Positions 1 through 14,192 of a stretch of DNA of 64,000 nt are shown one piece after another (the first letter of the stretch is position 1; each line of letters starts with the position of its first letter). The position numbers and the translations under genes are program-made. The stretch is taken from positions 68,262,001-68,326,000 of the forward strand of contig OX597832.1 in NCBI GenBank assembly GCA_951406725.2. Direction: 5' to 3'. The notes beneath the pieces were generated by a model. That model ran no database searches. It was given only the letters and a program-made list of their open reading frames with translations, and had not been told where the DNA came from. The DNA is from Octopus vulgaris (taxonomy: Eukaryota).

Positions 1-155
1 AATACATACATATATAAATACTTATAAATATGCATGTATGTTTATGGATGTGTGTGTGCGTATGTGTATATCTGTGTGTATGTCTGAATAAACATACATA
101 CGTATATAATTCGATTCGTTTGGTTTCGTTTCGTTTCTTCTTCTTCTCTAAGCTG

Positions 156-211
<56 letters not shown>

Positions 212-845
212 TATGTGTGTGTGAGTGTGAGTGTATGCGTGTGTAGAAGCTCCAATAATTTCGACGTCATTTATTTTGCAGTTTTTACATAATTTTGTAT
301 GTTTGTCTTGTGGTTTAACAGAATTTTTGTTATTATTATTTTTGTGTGTGTGTCTTCTATCTGCAGAATCAATTATTTACAGTTTCATCTTAATCTCTTC
401 CTACCCCGTCCGCCCTTCTCTTTCTCACTCATTTCATAAAATCAGACGGTAAAATTAAATTAGATTATAGATAAGAATCACAGAAACTATTTCATTTTTA
501 AAATGAGATGTCCAAAAATATAACAAAATATTGTGTCTAAATATGACAACAAAATGATATATATACATATATATAAAATCAAAACTAGATATGATGGGAG
601 CGATATTCATGGAAATAAATCTTCTTCGTATCAACTGTAAGGTTTCTAATTAAAAATAAGTGGAATCTTGTATGTAGATAGTAACGGATTCAGTAGTATT
701 CTACTGGTTCCAGAAGAGAAGGGACAATATCTTTTAAAAATAGGAACTATAACTTTCAATAATTATGGAAACAACTGCTACTATTTGAAAAACATGGAAT
801 AGGTTTTTTCACCCTCCATCATTAACTTTATCTCTCTTTCATTCT

Positions 846-2148
846 TTTCATAACCGGTGTTGGTTTGTTTATGTCTCCGTAACGTTTCGGCCAAAGAAAC
901 CCGATAGATAAGTACCAGATTTATAAAGAAAATATTTTGCGGTCGATTTGTTCAACTATGTAAGGTGGTGCCCCAGTATGACCGCTGTTCATCAAAAGAA
1001 GGCAAATAAAAGAGCAAAGAAAATAACACAACCCCAGCATGGCCAGTACCGCTGTGCACGAGTTATTACGAAAATTGGAACAAGTAATTTTTTCTTATTC
1101 TTTTATGTTTCTTGGGAGCCAGGAGAACGTTATCAAAAATTCACCAGAGAATCAGAGAGAACGCAGTGCGCATCGCAGCCAATCGTATACGCCTATACTC
1201 GTTTATCACGGGTGTTAGGTTAAAGAATAAAAACATCGCGTTAAATAAATCAGTAATTACTGGATATTAGGACGTATGGGGAAATGTGTATCGTGCAGAC
1301 ACTTTGAGTTGTCCTGAGTTAATACTCAGAATTAACTCAGGATTAATGGTGTGCAGCGGACGAAAATTGTATTGAAAGACGCTCTACTATAAGGTAAGAC
1401 CTTTTTTGCTTTTTGAGTCTAGTGATGATTCGTTGTTTGTGAGATTTATTTTTTGTACAGGCAAGGAGTTCTCACTGGATTCTGAGCTTTTGGTCTGTCT
1501 GCGGTAGAGCAGTGTGTTTTTCTCACGTAGCTGTGAGAACTGCTGTCTGGAAGTGTGTTTCGCTTACAAATTAATTTAATTTGAGTGTTGCATTATTCTC
1601 AATTATTTGCGAGAACTGTGTTTATTTGCCGGCGTGGAAGTCTTTTTGAAAAATAATTTCAAGGAATTACACAAGGATTAAAAAAGCTGTGAAGGCCAGG
1701 ATTACCGTGTGACTGAAAAATATTTGTCTTTGCTGCAATTGGAACTCTCGTTCTCCTGTCGTTTATTTGAAAAAACCTGTATTGAACTGTTTATTTTTTC
1801 TTCCCTTTTTGTTATAAAATAAAGAAGCTTGCTTCCCAACCACAATGTTCCGGGTTCAGTCCCACTGCGGGGCATTTTGGCCGAGTGTTTTCTGGTATAG
1901 CCTCGTCTGTTTTTGTCCCCTCATCATCGCTTGACAATTAATGAAGCATAAAAATCAGATCAGGCTTGAATTTGATTGCTTAATATATTCTTATTCGTTA
2001 CAGCCATGCAGCTGAGGTCATGCTGGACCACCACTATGATACACATTCATATAACCTCGGATATATTTATATTCTGTGGCTTTTTATTCTTTTATTGTTT
2101 CAGTCATTTGACTACTGCTTTTAGTCGAACAAATCGACACCTGGACTT
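846..2148. repeat. Left copy of a ~1.3-kb inverted segmental duplication (partner 18245-19611)
   Basis: The reverse complement aligns continuously with 18245-19611 across three SINE fragments and the sequence between them, with a few indels. Confidence 0.9.
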
Positions 2149-2151
2149 GTT

Positions 2152-2786
2152 ATTTGTAAGTTTAACGTAGTTTAATTTTTCGAATTTTAACCAATCAATC
2201 GCCTCTATTTAGCTAAAATCATTTGCTGCGTCTAAAACTGAGACAACATCCTGTCTCTAACCCTAACACTAACCCTAACACCAACCCTAACACTAACCCT
2301 AACCCTAAATTTTAGCCTTTCGTTTTTTTATTCTTAGTTGTTAAATTAATTTAATTGTTACGCGTGTGTCTAAAATTATTCGTTTTGTTTTTGTTTTGAG
2401 ATACACGTGTATTGTTTAAACTATTTTCCATTGCTTAAGAACAAAAAAAAAGAAAGGCTAAAACGAAAGCAATGGAAAATAATTTAAACAATTAACAAAC
2501 AAAATAATTCTATAATTTTATACACACGCTTTCCGTACGTAAACATAACAGTGACAGGATGGTGTCTCAGTTTTAGACGCAACAAAGGATTTTAGTTAAA
2601 TAGAGGCGATTGATTGGTTAAAATTCGAAAAATTAAACTACGTTAAACTTACAAATTACAGCTTTCTCAAGAAAGCCAAGAGAAAAAAATGTTTTATTCT
2701 GACACATTCTACCAGTATACGACGTTTAAAAGTGTCTAGTTAACTAGAAATTGTGTTGAAAACTGCCGTTCAAAAGGAAAAGATCC
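2152..2786. mobile_element. Fold-back/MITE-like element with internal telomere-like repeats
   Basis: ~100-bp inverted repeats at 2152-2255 and 2553-2656; degenerate (CTAACC)n at 2257-2308; the right arm continues to ...aaaagatcc at 2786. Confidence 0.65.
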
Positions 2787-3219
2787 GAGTGCTTAGCCAC
2801 TTGCACGTTTATCTCACGAGAAGGCTGTTCTGTTGCTCGGATTAACTGGAACTCTCGTCGTCGTAACCGAGGGAGTGCCACAATATACTGGACTACCCCT
2901 TTCCCAGTTTTGTTTCATGAGTCTTTCCTTTTCCGGGTTATTTCGTGTGCTTTCAACATCGATAGATATGCAGTAGTCCCTCGACTATCGCGGCTGTTAC
3001 GTTGCAAAACCATCCGCGATAGATGACCTGATGTTTTAATATACGATCAACGTAAGTTCAGTAACCCCTCACCTTATCGCGCTTCACCTACCACTGTTTA
3101 TTATTTAAGTTTACGTCGATTCCTCCGTGGTGTTGTTTTGCATTTATAAATTAAACATATACAAATTATAAAAAAGAATAATAATAATAAATATACAATA
3201 CAGCACAGTACTGGATCAA

Positions 3220-3656
3220 GAGAGTGGCCGCTATGTCTGGTAACAAGACTTTGCACCATGCCACACAAGCAGGAGGACCCAGTCAAGGCTAGAGATAATT
3301 TCTGCGCCAAAGTCGTCCCTAACACCTGGCCACCTAACTCCCCAGACTACAACCCTTTTGATTATGTATCGGGCGTAGCTGAACGAGAGACCAACGAAAC
3401 TCCTTATAAACACCAAAGATGAACTGAAGGTAAGGATTATAGTAGCATTCACCAACTTAAACAAGGAGACCGTCCAGAAGAGTTGAAGAAGCTTCCAAAG
3501 TCGTTGAAGCCAATGGCGATTTTATTGAATAAATTTACTCGTTAGTATTTCAAGATATTTTTATGTAGTTTTGGTAAATATTTCTGTTTAAATGAGATGT
3601 CAGTATCATTTTTATTTTGCGTAATTCAGGCGATAGTTTATTTACCGGACCCTATA
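3220..3656 (+). pseudogene. Tc1/mariner-superfamily transposase C-terminal remnant with probable 3' TIR
   Basis: Decayed translation YVW*QDFAPCHTSRRTQ...WPPNSPDYNPFDY; ends tttaccggaccc followed by TA repeats. Confidence 0.8.
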
Positions 3657-3658
3657 TG

Positions 3659-3718
<60 letters not shown>

Positions 3719-5273
3719 TGTATATATAACATCAAACGAGTGGTAGAGGAGCATCTAATTGAAATGAATGCATATTTTTACTAGAATAATCAGGATTCAG
3801 AAAATCTATGAATATTTTCCGAATGTGACGAAAGAATTTCAAATTTTACCTTATAATTTAATATCCATAGATTATTATCATTATTATTATTTTTATTAGA
3901 GTTATTATTGTTTGATTATTGTTTGTGGCAAGTTGATACGTAGAGGGGATGAGAAATGACAAGAGTTTCCTTTTTTTATTGTTGAAATATTTAATAACGT
4001 ATTTTACTATAATATTTTAAAATACACAAATAAATAAACCATATTAAAGATACATGCAAAATATATAAATACTAAAACAAGCAGACTTCAATGAGAAAGA
4101 TGTAACAAGAACAAAATGGAGAACAAAAGAAAAAGTAAACAAAAAAAAGTCATTTTTCTGTCTCAGTAATTTGAACAAAGGATTCATCAAATTTTAACAG
4201 TTATTCATTATCATGCAAGTTTTATTAGAATAAATTGCATGATTTAATCATTTGACTTGGATATTTTTCGATCTGTTCATTAACGCAGTGATTAATTAAT
4301 GAAAGTTTTGTCTCTGTTTTTCTGTTTTATATAATAAAATAATTTCATAAAAGAAAAGAAAAAGAAACAAAAAGGAAAGAAGATTCTTTTGAATTAGGTG
4401 ATCAACATGGTAATGTTTCTGGCTACTTACTTCATATAAGTATCGGAATACACACACACACACATATTCATGCACACACGCACTCACATACACTGCTAAA
4501 ATATTTGGAAAGTTATACTAATTAAGTTACGCAACTCTCCTCATGTTTGGCATAAATAAGCTATAGAAACACGTGTAGTGATGCCCCGCGATTTCCATTC
4601 GTTTTCCTCTTGCATTTTATATACCAGGAAGGGAGAGAGAGAGATGCATATGAACAGAAGCAAGTACGACTTCAATTCATGCATATCAAATGCTCAGTCA
4701 CTGAGTATGCACAACGCATCCACAGGTTGTTGGTGCTTTGATTTTTATATATATGAATTCCACAAAATAAATGACTCTAGCACAAATCTTAAGCATGAAG
4801 GAAATATGGACTGTTTTACATGGGAACCTTCTAGGGGTAATTAAATAATTTGCTATTTGAATTCGTATAAATATACATCCATACATGTGTCTGCATGTAT
4901 ATATGCATTTATGGGTGGTGGCTGTGTGTGTTGTATAAAAGTTTACATGTGTAATTATTTGTTTATATATTTGCATAAACGTATATGCATGTACATACAC
5001 TTATATATATTTGCACGCACGCACAATATACATCGATAAAGCTGAGCATACACACACCGAAACAATCGCAGTCTGCCATTTACCTTTAAATTTTTATCTT
5101 TTTGTTTTGTGTCTTTTCATTTCTTGGTTTCTATTTCGTCTTTTTTTACATTTGCAATCATTGATTTCTGTCCAGGTTTCAATTCTTCAGCAACGTGGCG
5201 AATTTGTTCAAAGTGTGAGAAATACGAGATCATTCCTCTTCTGTAACATGTATTTCTTTATTGCCCATAGGTT

Positions 5274-5841
5274 CTAAACATAGACGGGACAAACAAGGAC
5301 AGACAAAGGAATTAAGTCAATTACATCGACCCCAGTATGCAACTGGTACTTATTTAATCGACCCCGAAAGGATGAAAGGCAAAGTTGACCTCGGCGGAAT
5401 TTGAACTCAGAACGAAATACCGCAGACGAAATACTTATTTCTTTACTGCACACAAGGGGTTTACATACAGAGGGGACAAACAAGGACAAACGGATTAAGT
5501 CGATTATATCGACCCCAGTGCGTAACTGGTACTTATTTAATCGACCCCGAATGGATGTAAGGCAAAGTTGACCTCGGCGGAATTTGAACTCAGAATGTAA
5601 CGGCAGACAAAATACTTATTTCTTTACTACCCACAAGGGACTAAACACAGAGAGGACAAACAAGGACAGACAAACGGATTAAGTCGATTATATAGACCCC
5701 AGTGCGTAACTGGTACTTAATTTATCGACCCTGAAAGGATAAAAGGCGACATCGGCGGAATTTGAACTCACAACGTAACAGCAGACGAAATACGGCTACA
5801 CATTTCGCTCGGCGTGCTAACGTTTTGCCAGCTCACCGCCT
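5274..5841 (-). mobile_element. tRNA-derived SINE family A, one head with three tandem bodies
   Basis: Three ~185-bp units start at about 5274, 5461 and 5641; the head (ggcggtgagctggc on minus) is at 5841; B-box-like gagttcaaattcc. Confidence 0.85.
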
Positions 5842-7738
5842 TCCGGTAAATCAAATTTGAGAGCAAGCTGGAATGTTTAATAGTCTGTAGCTTCTTTTAT
5901 GAAAGCAGTACTGTGTTAGTAGTACACAGACAATACCCCCAGCATTAAAAATTTTAAATATATGTAATTTTGCGTTAGACATGCCAGTTTTAAATGCTCA
6001 GTTAAATGGTTATATATTTACATATACCTGCAAACACACACACACACACACATTCATATTTATATGTACAAGTATTTTTATATAAGGGTATATATACAAT
6101 TAACATACATAGGCGTGCACCAGAAAAGGTTTAACGGTTCTTCTTCAGCCATTGGCTAATAATGTCGGTTTTCTGGATCCTGAGGCGTATATAATCCCTA
6201 CACGCGCCCTTTATGCGGCGCCGATCTGCCAGGTAAATTCTTTTCTGCTCTAGGCACAGGCCCGAAATTTTGGGTGGTGGAAGCTAGTCGATTAGATCGA
6301 CCTCAGTAGCCATCTGGTATTTAATTTATCGACCCCAAAAGGATGAAAGGCAAAGTCGACCTCGGCGGATTTTGACAGCTAAATTGACTGCATCAATTTC
6401 ATATGAAATGTTTTGCTCAAGGACACAGCGTATCGCCCAGTCCAGAATTCGAAATAACCTTACGATCATGAGTGCAACATACTAAGCCACACCCCTTCGC
6501 ACCTACGTACATACATGTATAATAAGCATTTGCGCGCGCGCGCGCGCGTGTGTGTGTGTGTTAGGTTTCTTTTCTTTTTCTGTGTTTTTTTAACAGGTTA
6601 CAGTGTTGTACTAATTAATTGCTCAACGAAATTGCTAACTGCATGGCTTATATTTCCTCAACTCATTCCCACACTTTTGATCAAACTAACTTCGGCTCCA
6701 TGTTATTTTTACGACATTTCCTTTCATCGTCAATTATTTTTCTCAGCATTATAGCGCTGCATGAAAGATTATGACTAAAAGCTTAATAGTAGAACGCATC
6801 TATTAACTCTGCCAAAATACATACAAAATCAAGTAGAAAGCATATATTAGTCTTCAGTACATCCAAGTATCTATCATCTCATAGTACGTATATACTATAC
6901 AAGAAAGCTTTCATTAACTTTCTGTCCACCCGTACTGCGTAAGTGATCCATCGTAAGCATTAAATTCAGAGAATGCAATTTGAAGAGTATTTGCGGAACG
7001 ACTGTAAATTTTCAAAGGTAAATTTGTGAAGTTCTGTGGTTCACTTTTCTCGTTGTCATGTAACATTACTCAGTCCAGTCTTTGATGTCATATGGTTCAT
7101 TTTTAGATCATTAACATTTATTATGCAAAATATATTATTAACATTTAAGCATATCTCATTTAATATACACAATTTACAAAAGAGCTGCTAATAGTTTTTT
7201 TTTGTTTTGTTTTAGAGATGCAATAAATTGGCAGATTTATATAACATGCCATGTATCTCCAAATACTCTTTCAAGCTCAGTGCATATCTTTAGATGTATT
7301 TAAAAACCAGGATAGAGTATCGATCTCACAGGCTCTGGACTCCTCTCTCATATCTTATTCTATACCAGCTACATTAACTATGATTTCTACAAAGACAACG
7401 AAGATCTTAGTGTTTTATTTTTCTTTTCTTTTCATTGTTCTCGTTCCACTTTTTGCATCAATGTTTTTCACGTTCTTATCGCCGTTTTTTTTTCTTCAGG
7501 ATTTCTCATAGATCGACATCCTGTTTTTTTTTCTTTTAAATACATCTAACGATATGAAATGAGCCTGCAAGATTGCTTGGAGATACATAGCATGCTGTAT
7601 AAATCTGTCAGATTATTGTATCGCTAACGCAAGAAGTTATTAGTTGCTCTTTTGTAAACTATGTACATTAATTGATGATATTTATCTTTCACTGTTGGAA
7701 GTACTTATTTGTTGATCCGACCGCTAACGGAACTGGAA

Positions 7739-7838
<100 letters not shown>

Positions 7839-7848
7839 TGTATGTATG

Positions 7849-8151
7849 TGGAGGCGCAATGGCCTAGTGGTTAGGGCAGCGGACTCGCGGTCGTAGGATC
7901 GCGGTTTCGATTCCCGGACCGGGTGTTGTGTGTGTTTATTGAGCGAAAACACCTAAATGCTCCACGACGCTCCGGCAGGGGGGGGGGGTGATCTCTGCTG
8001 TACTCTTTCGCCACTTTTTCTCTCTCTCTTTCTTCTGTTGGCCTGCTCGCTTAGCCAGCGGGGTGGCGTCATTCGAAGGCTAAAACAATGCGAACGCATT
8101 GTGACCAGCGATGTGTAAATCATCTGATGGTCTGGTCGGTCACGTGATCAC
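7849..8151 (+). mobile_element. tRNA-derived SINE family B, full length
   Basis: A/B-box-like head tggaggcgcaatggcctagtggttagg...gtttcgattccc and 3' end cacgtgatcac; near-identical to 30735-31038 and 55021-55316. Confidence 0.9.
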
Positions 8152-8193
8152 TTTTAACTAAGTTATGCGTCATGCGATGGGTAACACCCTCTT

Positions 8194-8242
<49 letters not shown>

Positions 8243-8283
8243 AGGGTGTTACCCATCGCATGACGCATAACTTAGTTAAAAGT
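8150..8283. repeat. Perfect ~45-bp inverted repeat centred on (TA)n
   Basis: cttttaactaagttatgcgtcatgcgatgggtaacaccctctta-(TA)n-taagagggtgttacccatcgcatgacgcataacttagttaaaag. Confidence 0.95.
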
Positions 8284-8324
8284 TCTGCTTATGGAGACTT
8301 CAGATGAAAGCGTAAGAAATTTTT

Positions 8325-9110
8325 ACAGAAGAACAAGTAGAGTTTAGGCCCAAAAGCAGTACTGTAGAGCAGATATTTAATATTAGACAGCTCACTAAGA
8401 AATATGTACACTACATATCTGACCTGTATCACAACGTCATCGACTTCAAAAAGGCTTTTGACCGTGTCTTGTACTATGAGCTGTGAACGTGATGAAGAAT
8501 TACAAATTCAACAACTTCATCGAAGTAATCCAAGCACTGTATGAAAACTCTCGCAGTGCAGTTCTAAAGACAAGATCGGGGAATACTTCAGAACAGGAAT
8601 GTCTCTTCAGTGCTTTTCAATATCTTCTTTGAGAACATCATGCAGGAAGCACTTCTAGACTTCCACCAATTTGTTTACATTGTGGGGCAGCGAATTTCCA
8701 TCCAGGTAGGAAGTAGGGAAGTAGAACTATAGGGGGCTCATCTCTAGTCTTGAAGAGTATTAGAACCATACGGGATTGAGATCAGCCCAGAAAGAGCAAG
8801 GTCCTGGTTAACTGTAATAACCAAAGCATGGCAGCAAGCATTATGCTGAATGAAGAAAAAAATTGAAGTGGACACATTTAAGTGCCTCGGATCCACTTTA
8901 ACCAAGGACGGCAGATCGCAAAAAGGGATAGCAACAAGACTCAGTTTAACCTCTGCTGCCATGACGAAGCTGAACGCCATATAACAAAAGCAATTCCATT
9001 ATTTTCCCAAAACACACAAAGTGTGCAAATCCCGAGTGATTTTGATACTTATATATGGGTGTGAGATGTAGAATTCTACAGCTAACGTGGAATCAAGAAT
9101 TTAAGCATTT
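8325..9110 (+). pseudogene. Decayed RTE-clade LINE reverse transcriptase fragment
   Basis: Translation EEQVEFRPKSSTVEQIFNIRQL...IDFKKAFDRV, followed by frameshifted RT blocks. Confidence 0.8.
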
Positions 9111-9632
9111 CGCCTAATTGATTAAACTTGTTTTAAGATTATCTAGGCCGATTTTCATGTGTGTGTGCGCGCGCGCATGTGCATGTTCTCACCTGAGATT
9201 GCAGAAGCATGAAACTCGAGTTGCAGAACAGACACTTAGTTTCAATTTTAATTTTCAAAAATCAATATACACATATGACGCGCGCGCGCGTGTGTGTGTG
9301 TAATAGTTGTGGTTGAAAAACAAAATGCTCAACACTCATTATGGTTAAAAGTGATATTTGTAACAGAAAGGATTAAAATGATAGTTGTAACTTAAAAAAT
9401 CCGTCTATGAAAACAGAGAGAGAAAGAGAGAGCGGAGCTCCGTGTTACTTTCCAATGAATTCATTGCAAAATATCAGCAGAGAAGAATTCTAAATTGATA
9501 TAATTCGAAAAAAGAAGAGTTTCATAAAATACTTCACCTTCGTCCATTTCTATGTTTTCAACACGCTCGGAAAAGTAACTATGAAACCATTTGAATATCG
9601 CTATTTTTTTTACACTCACTCACGCACACATG

Positions 9633-9688
<56 letters not shown>

Positions 9689-10339
9689 CACACACACCTA
9701 TGTATGTATTTGTTCTATTGATTTCCAATTTGATCTTTGATATTAGATTCGAAATTTAATGTTCCTCCGGTATTATAATTCAAAGCCACAAGCACTTTTC
9801 CAAATGTTATTTGGAACAAAATTAATTGCTAAATATTGCCCTTAATTACTCAGAATTATTTTACGACAACAGTGGTTGGAGTCATTTTCTTTCTTTCTTT
9901 TTTTTACCATTTCGCTGTCAGAACAAAACCAAGAGCTGTTCAGAGAACCAGACATCAGAGAAGCACCAGAAAGAATTATTGTAGCATTTATTATTTTTTT
10001 TCTTTCATTTTGAGAGTGATTCCTCATAACTGTCTGTCTATGGTTGGTCGTAGAGTATTATTTAGTGAAGACATTATCAACAGCCGTGGACTTGAGCAAA
10101 ACCATTACGAATTTGGTAGTGAAACTCTGTCTGATCATTTATATCAGTAATCTCTATTTGTCCATTAAATGGATCCAAATAAAACACGCACATACACACA
10201 CACACACACACAATGTGCATATATATGTATTTCTTGCAGATATGAATTAGGTGAATGGATAATGTGTTAACGAATCTCTCATGGTTTCTCTCTTGCAACA
10301 ATTCTTTACTTTGCTGTAAAACATTGACACGAAGAGGTT

Positions 10340-10920
10340 TCTGTGCAAATGTTATGAATCACACCTAAAGATTATGCGTACCAACTTAGCGGTCACAAAA
10401 TGGTGAAACCGTATGGCATATCACCAACCAATGTACGCCACTAGCCCAGAAGGAATATAAGAAACGCCACGACAATATAGCCAGGCTTGTCCATTGGACA
10501 CTCTGCAAAAAGTATGGACTTCACAGAGCAAAAAATTGTTACGATCACAAACCCGAAGGCATCATCGAAAATAAAAATGCAAAGATCCTATGGGATTTTA
10601 TGATTCAGTGCGACCATGAGATAGAGAATAGAAAGCCAGACATAGTCTTAATTGAGAAAGAAAACAAACTATGCTGGATCATAGATATAGCATGCCCAGC
10701 TAATAACAATGTATGCGATGAGGAAGAAAGTCAAGTCGAGTGATATTAAAGGTTAGCTTGGGGGAGTTAAGCAGTTGTGATCGATGAAAAAGGTAGCAGT
10801 AGTACCAATAACTGTCGGAGCCCTGGGAACAGTAAGCAAACATCTCGAGAAGTACGTGGGACAAACAGGGGCTGCATAAGGGTGGGGCACTTGCAGAAAA
10901 TAGCACTGCTGGGAAGCGTT
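10340..10920 (+). pseudogene. R4/Dong-like non-LTR retrotransposon C-terminus (restriction-like endonuclease)
   Basis: Translation LAQKEYKKRHDNIARLVHWTLCKKYGL...KILWDFMIQCDHEIENRKPDIVLIEKENKLCWIIDIACP. Confidence 0.85.
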
Positions 10921-11601
10921 AAATCTTTCTCTATTACATGGCTGATCAGTTAGCTGTAATTTATTATCGTTTGTATTATTTCATTTCCATGTTGGGATTT
11001 ATACTCAGAACACAAAGACCCAAGTGAAAGTATCTGAGAAATGCTCCGCAATCTGTACTTCCATTCAGGAGAGATAATTCAGTGGATTAAACAACTGCAT
11101 CCTCATCGTTAAAGACGGAAATTCCTCACTACCATTATTGCTGTCAAAGCGACATCCCGTTTACAAAAACTAAAAAGAAAAAAAAGAAATTGATGAACTC
11201 CTGACAACACTTCGATAGCTTTCTTTTCGAGCACAAAGCAGCGGAAAGGCCTGGTGTCGTTGATTTCCGAACCAGCTCCCTCTTCAGTTGCATCAATAGT
11301 GCCTCACTGTGATGCTAAAGAGTTTAATGGATGTGACGTAAGAGATAAAATCGCTCATTAGCGCATCTGTCTGACTATTTGTGGGGAGTAAATTATTTGC
11401 CATTTTGTTTCTCGAGACCAGACTAGGATATGTTTGTATGACTAGTTGTAATCTATTTCTTGATAAACAGTTTATATATACATACATAATACGTACATAC
11501 ATACAGACATACATACGTAGACACACACACATATATATAAGGTCATTACTATACATAAATGCCTCACGCTACAAAGGACGCTTAAAGTCAAAACTAGCAT
11601 A

Positions 11602-11669
<68 letters not shown>

Positions 11670-11672
11670 ATG

Positions 11673-11703
<31 letters not shown>

Positions 11704-11714
11704 GTATGTATGTT

Positions 11715-11899
11715 TGTGTTTGTCCTCTACCATCGTTTGAAAACTGCTGGTGTGTTTACGTCCGCTTAACTTAGTAGTTTGGCCAAAGAGACGGTCAGAA
11801 TAAGTACTAGGCTTACAAAGAATAAGCCCTGGGGTCGATTTGTTCGACTAAAGGCAGTGCTCCAGCATGACCGCAGTCAAATGACTAAAACAATTAAAA

Positions 11900-11900
<1 letters not shown>
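11715..11900 (+). mobile_element. SINE family C, 3' half following a microsatellite
   Basis: gaataagtactaggcttacaaag...ccagcatgaccgcagtcaaatgact; related copies at about 850, 18200, 21860, 23210, 27490 and 54740. Confidence 0.75.
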
Positions 11901-11941
<41 letters not shown>

Positions 11942-14192
11942 CGTTGAATAATACACTTGTATCTCAATGAGACACAAGTGTATTATAGATAGTCGTCAGC
12001 TCATCGAGTCACGTGTATATTGTTAAAGCATAAAAATACCCACGAAGTTTTCAAGCGATTCTGCCATCTCAGTATCTTGTACCTTCCATATTTAGAAAAA
12101 AAAGCCTGTAACGGTTGGTGAATGCTCAGGTAGGACGAAATCCCTAAAATCCAACGTCGAACGCAGGAAGACGATGGCCAGGAAAATAGCAGTTAGCTAT
12201 AGGCATTAACAACCGTCTGTCTATCTTTTATTTCATTGTATCTTCTAATAGAATAACTTCTATATTATAAAGCAATGTGTTTGATAATACGGAAACAATG
12301 TCATGATGCAGGCCTAGCTGTTGGGGGTATTTGTCTCCCCTTCGTAAATATATAAGGACACAGGAAATGTGTCAAGGCCGACAGGGCTAAACAGCGGTGG
12401 TATAATTCCCTTACAGGACTGTCACGTTATGTTGACAGTATACAACCACTCTATCGCTCCACCACTGTACATATCTCTATGAGATATTTAGAAATTTAAT
12501 ATTTCTGAATGTCATACATTTTAGCGGGAAAAGAACCAATCGATTAAACCGGTCTCAATACTTGACCGGTAGACATTTTATCGTTCACAGATGCATGAGA
12601 GGTGAAGTTGGCTTTAACAGATTTGAGCTCAGTACTAAGAAGAATGCAAAGAAAAGTCATGAATTAATTTGCTCGACACACTAAAGATTTTTCCAGTTGC
12701 GATCCCCTTCCAGCAAGATTTCCACAGCTCGGGCTAAAGAAAGATAAGCGACGATATTTTGACAGCTGCCTGAGGTGTGAAGACTTTCTTTATTAACACT
12801 AACAACATTTTGAGTGCAGTTTCCCGTGTGAATAAACACTGAAGACTATTTAAAATTGCAAGAAGAACTTTCAGGATTGGATTTAAGATTGTAAAATGAA
12901 ATTTTCATTTCCAGTAACAAAATTATAGAGTGCATGATGGAAATGTGCGTATAAAAAACCGACCAATTAACTTCATTTTTATGTTATTGTGAAAACAGCA
13001 ACAACAAAAAGTTTTACAAATTACAAGAAGGAAATACATTTTCTGTTAATAAGTTAGTTTTAAATGAATTTAAGACTAATCAAACACGAAAACGCATCGC
13101 CTTAAACATAAAATAAAAAAGAAGCATTAGTTTTCATTTTTATCAAATGTTGAAAGATAATATTTATGCATTTAATTACCGAAAATAGAGAAAAACATTT
13201 TAATTTAGTAACATACATTTTCCCGTATGTGTGCGTGTGTGTGCGCGCGGGCCAGAGCATCGTCATATTCGTGGGAATCACTATACATACACACGCACAC
13301 ACTCACACACACACACTTTCACACATACACACACTCACACACCCACACAGTCACAAACACACAAACTCACACACACACTCTCAGAGGCACGTACACTCAC
13401 ACACACACACACACACACATACATACATGAAGGCGCGTAGCTAAGTGGTTAAGGTGTTCCCTCACCATCGTTAGATCGTGGGTCGATTACCTGACCGAAC
13501 GACGCATTGTGTTCTTCAGTAAAACACCTCATTTCACATTGCCCCAGTCCACTCAGCTATTCACAGGTTACCCTGTGACGGACTGGCCTTCTGATTAATG
13601 GCAATGTGGCCCTGCTCGCTTAACCAGTCGGATGGCATTATTTGAAACGTAAAACGATGCGAAGAGCATTGTGACCATCCGAAATTGTGCCCAATCACAT
13701 GCATACTTACATAAGTATATGCATACTTACATAAAGGAGACCAAAAGTGTACGTACGCCGCTATATGTATATAGTTTTTATTTTAAACAAGAATGTAACA
13801 GGCGACAACAAAAGATACGGACAGTTAGAAGATACAAAAAAGGACAGGAAAAAACAAGGACAGGTTAACTCGCATGCGAAATAATCCGGAAAAGAAAAGA
13901 CCCTTGAAACAAAACTGGGAAAGGGATAGTCCAGTATATATGTATGAAACAGAATTTGAAAGAAGGTATATCGGGGCACTCCGTCGGTTACGACGACGAG
14001 AGTTCCAGTTGATCCGAACAACAGAACAGCCTGCTCGTGAGATAAACGTGCAAGTGGCAAAGCACTCCACTGATACGTAGTTCCCGGGGAGATTCAGTGT
14101 GACAATACAGGTATAGCAGAAAGAAAGTTGAACAGCGTTCGCCATCCCACTCCATAACGGAGCCTCGTGGAAATTTAAATGTTTACGCTCAA

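Noticed and set aside
7849-7925. tRNA gene
   Set aside because: The tRNA-like sequence is the head of a multi-copy SINE.
11250-11292. Minus-strand CTGAAGA...GAAA hammerhead-like spacing
   Set aside because: No stem III, UH site or stem I can be formed.
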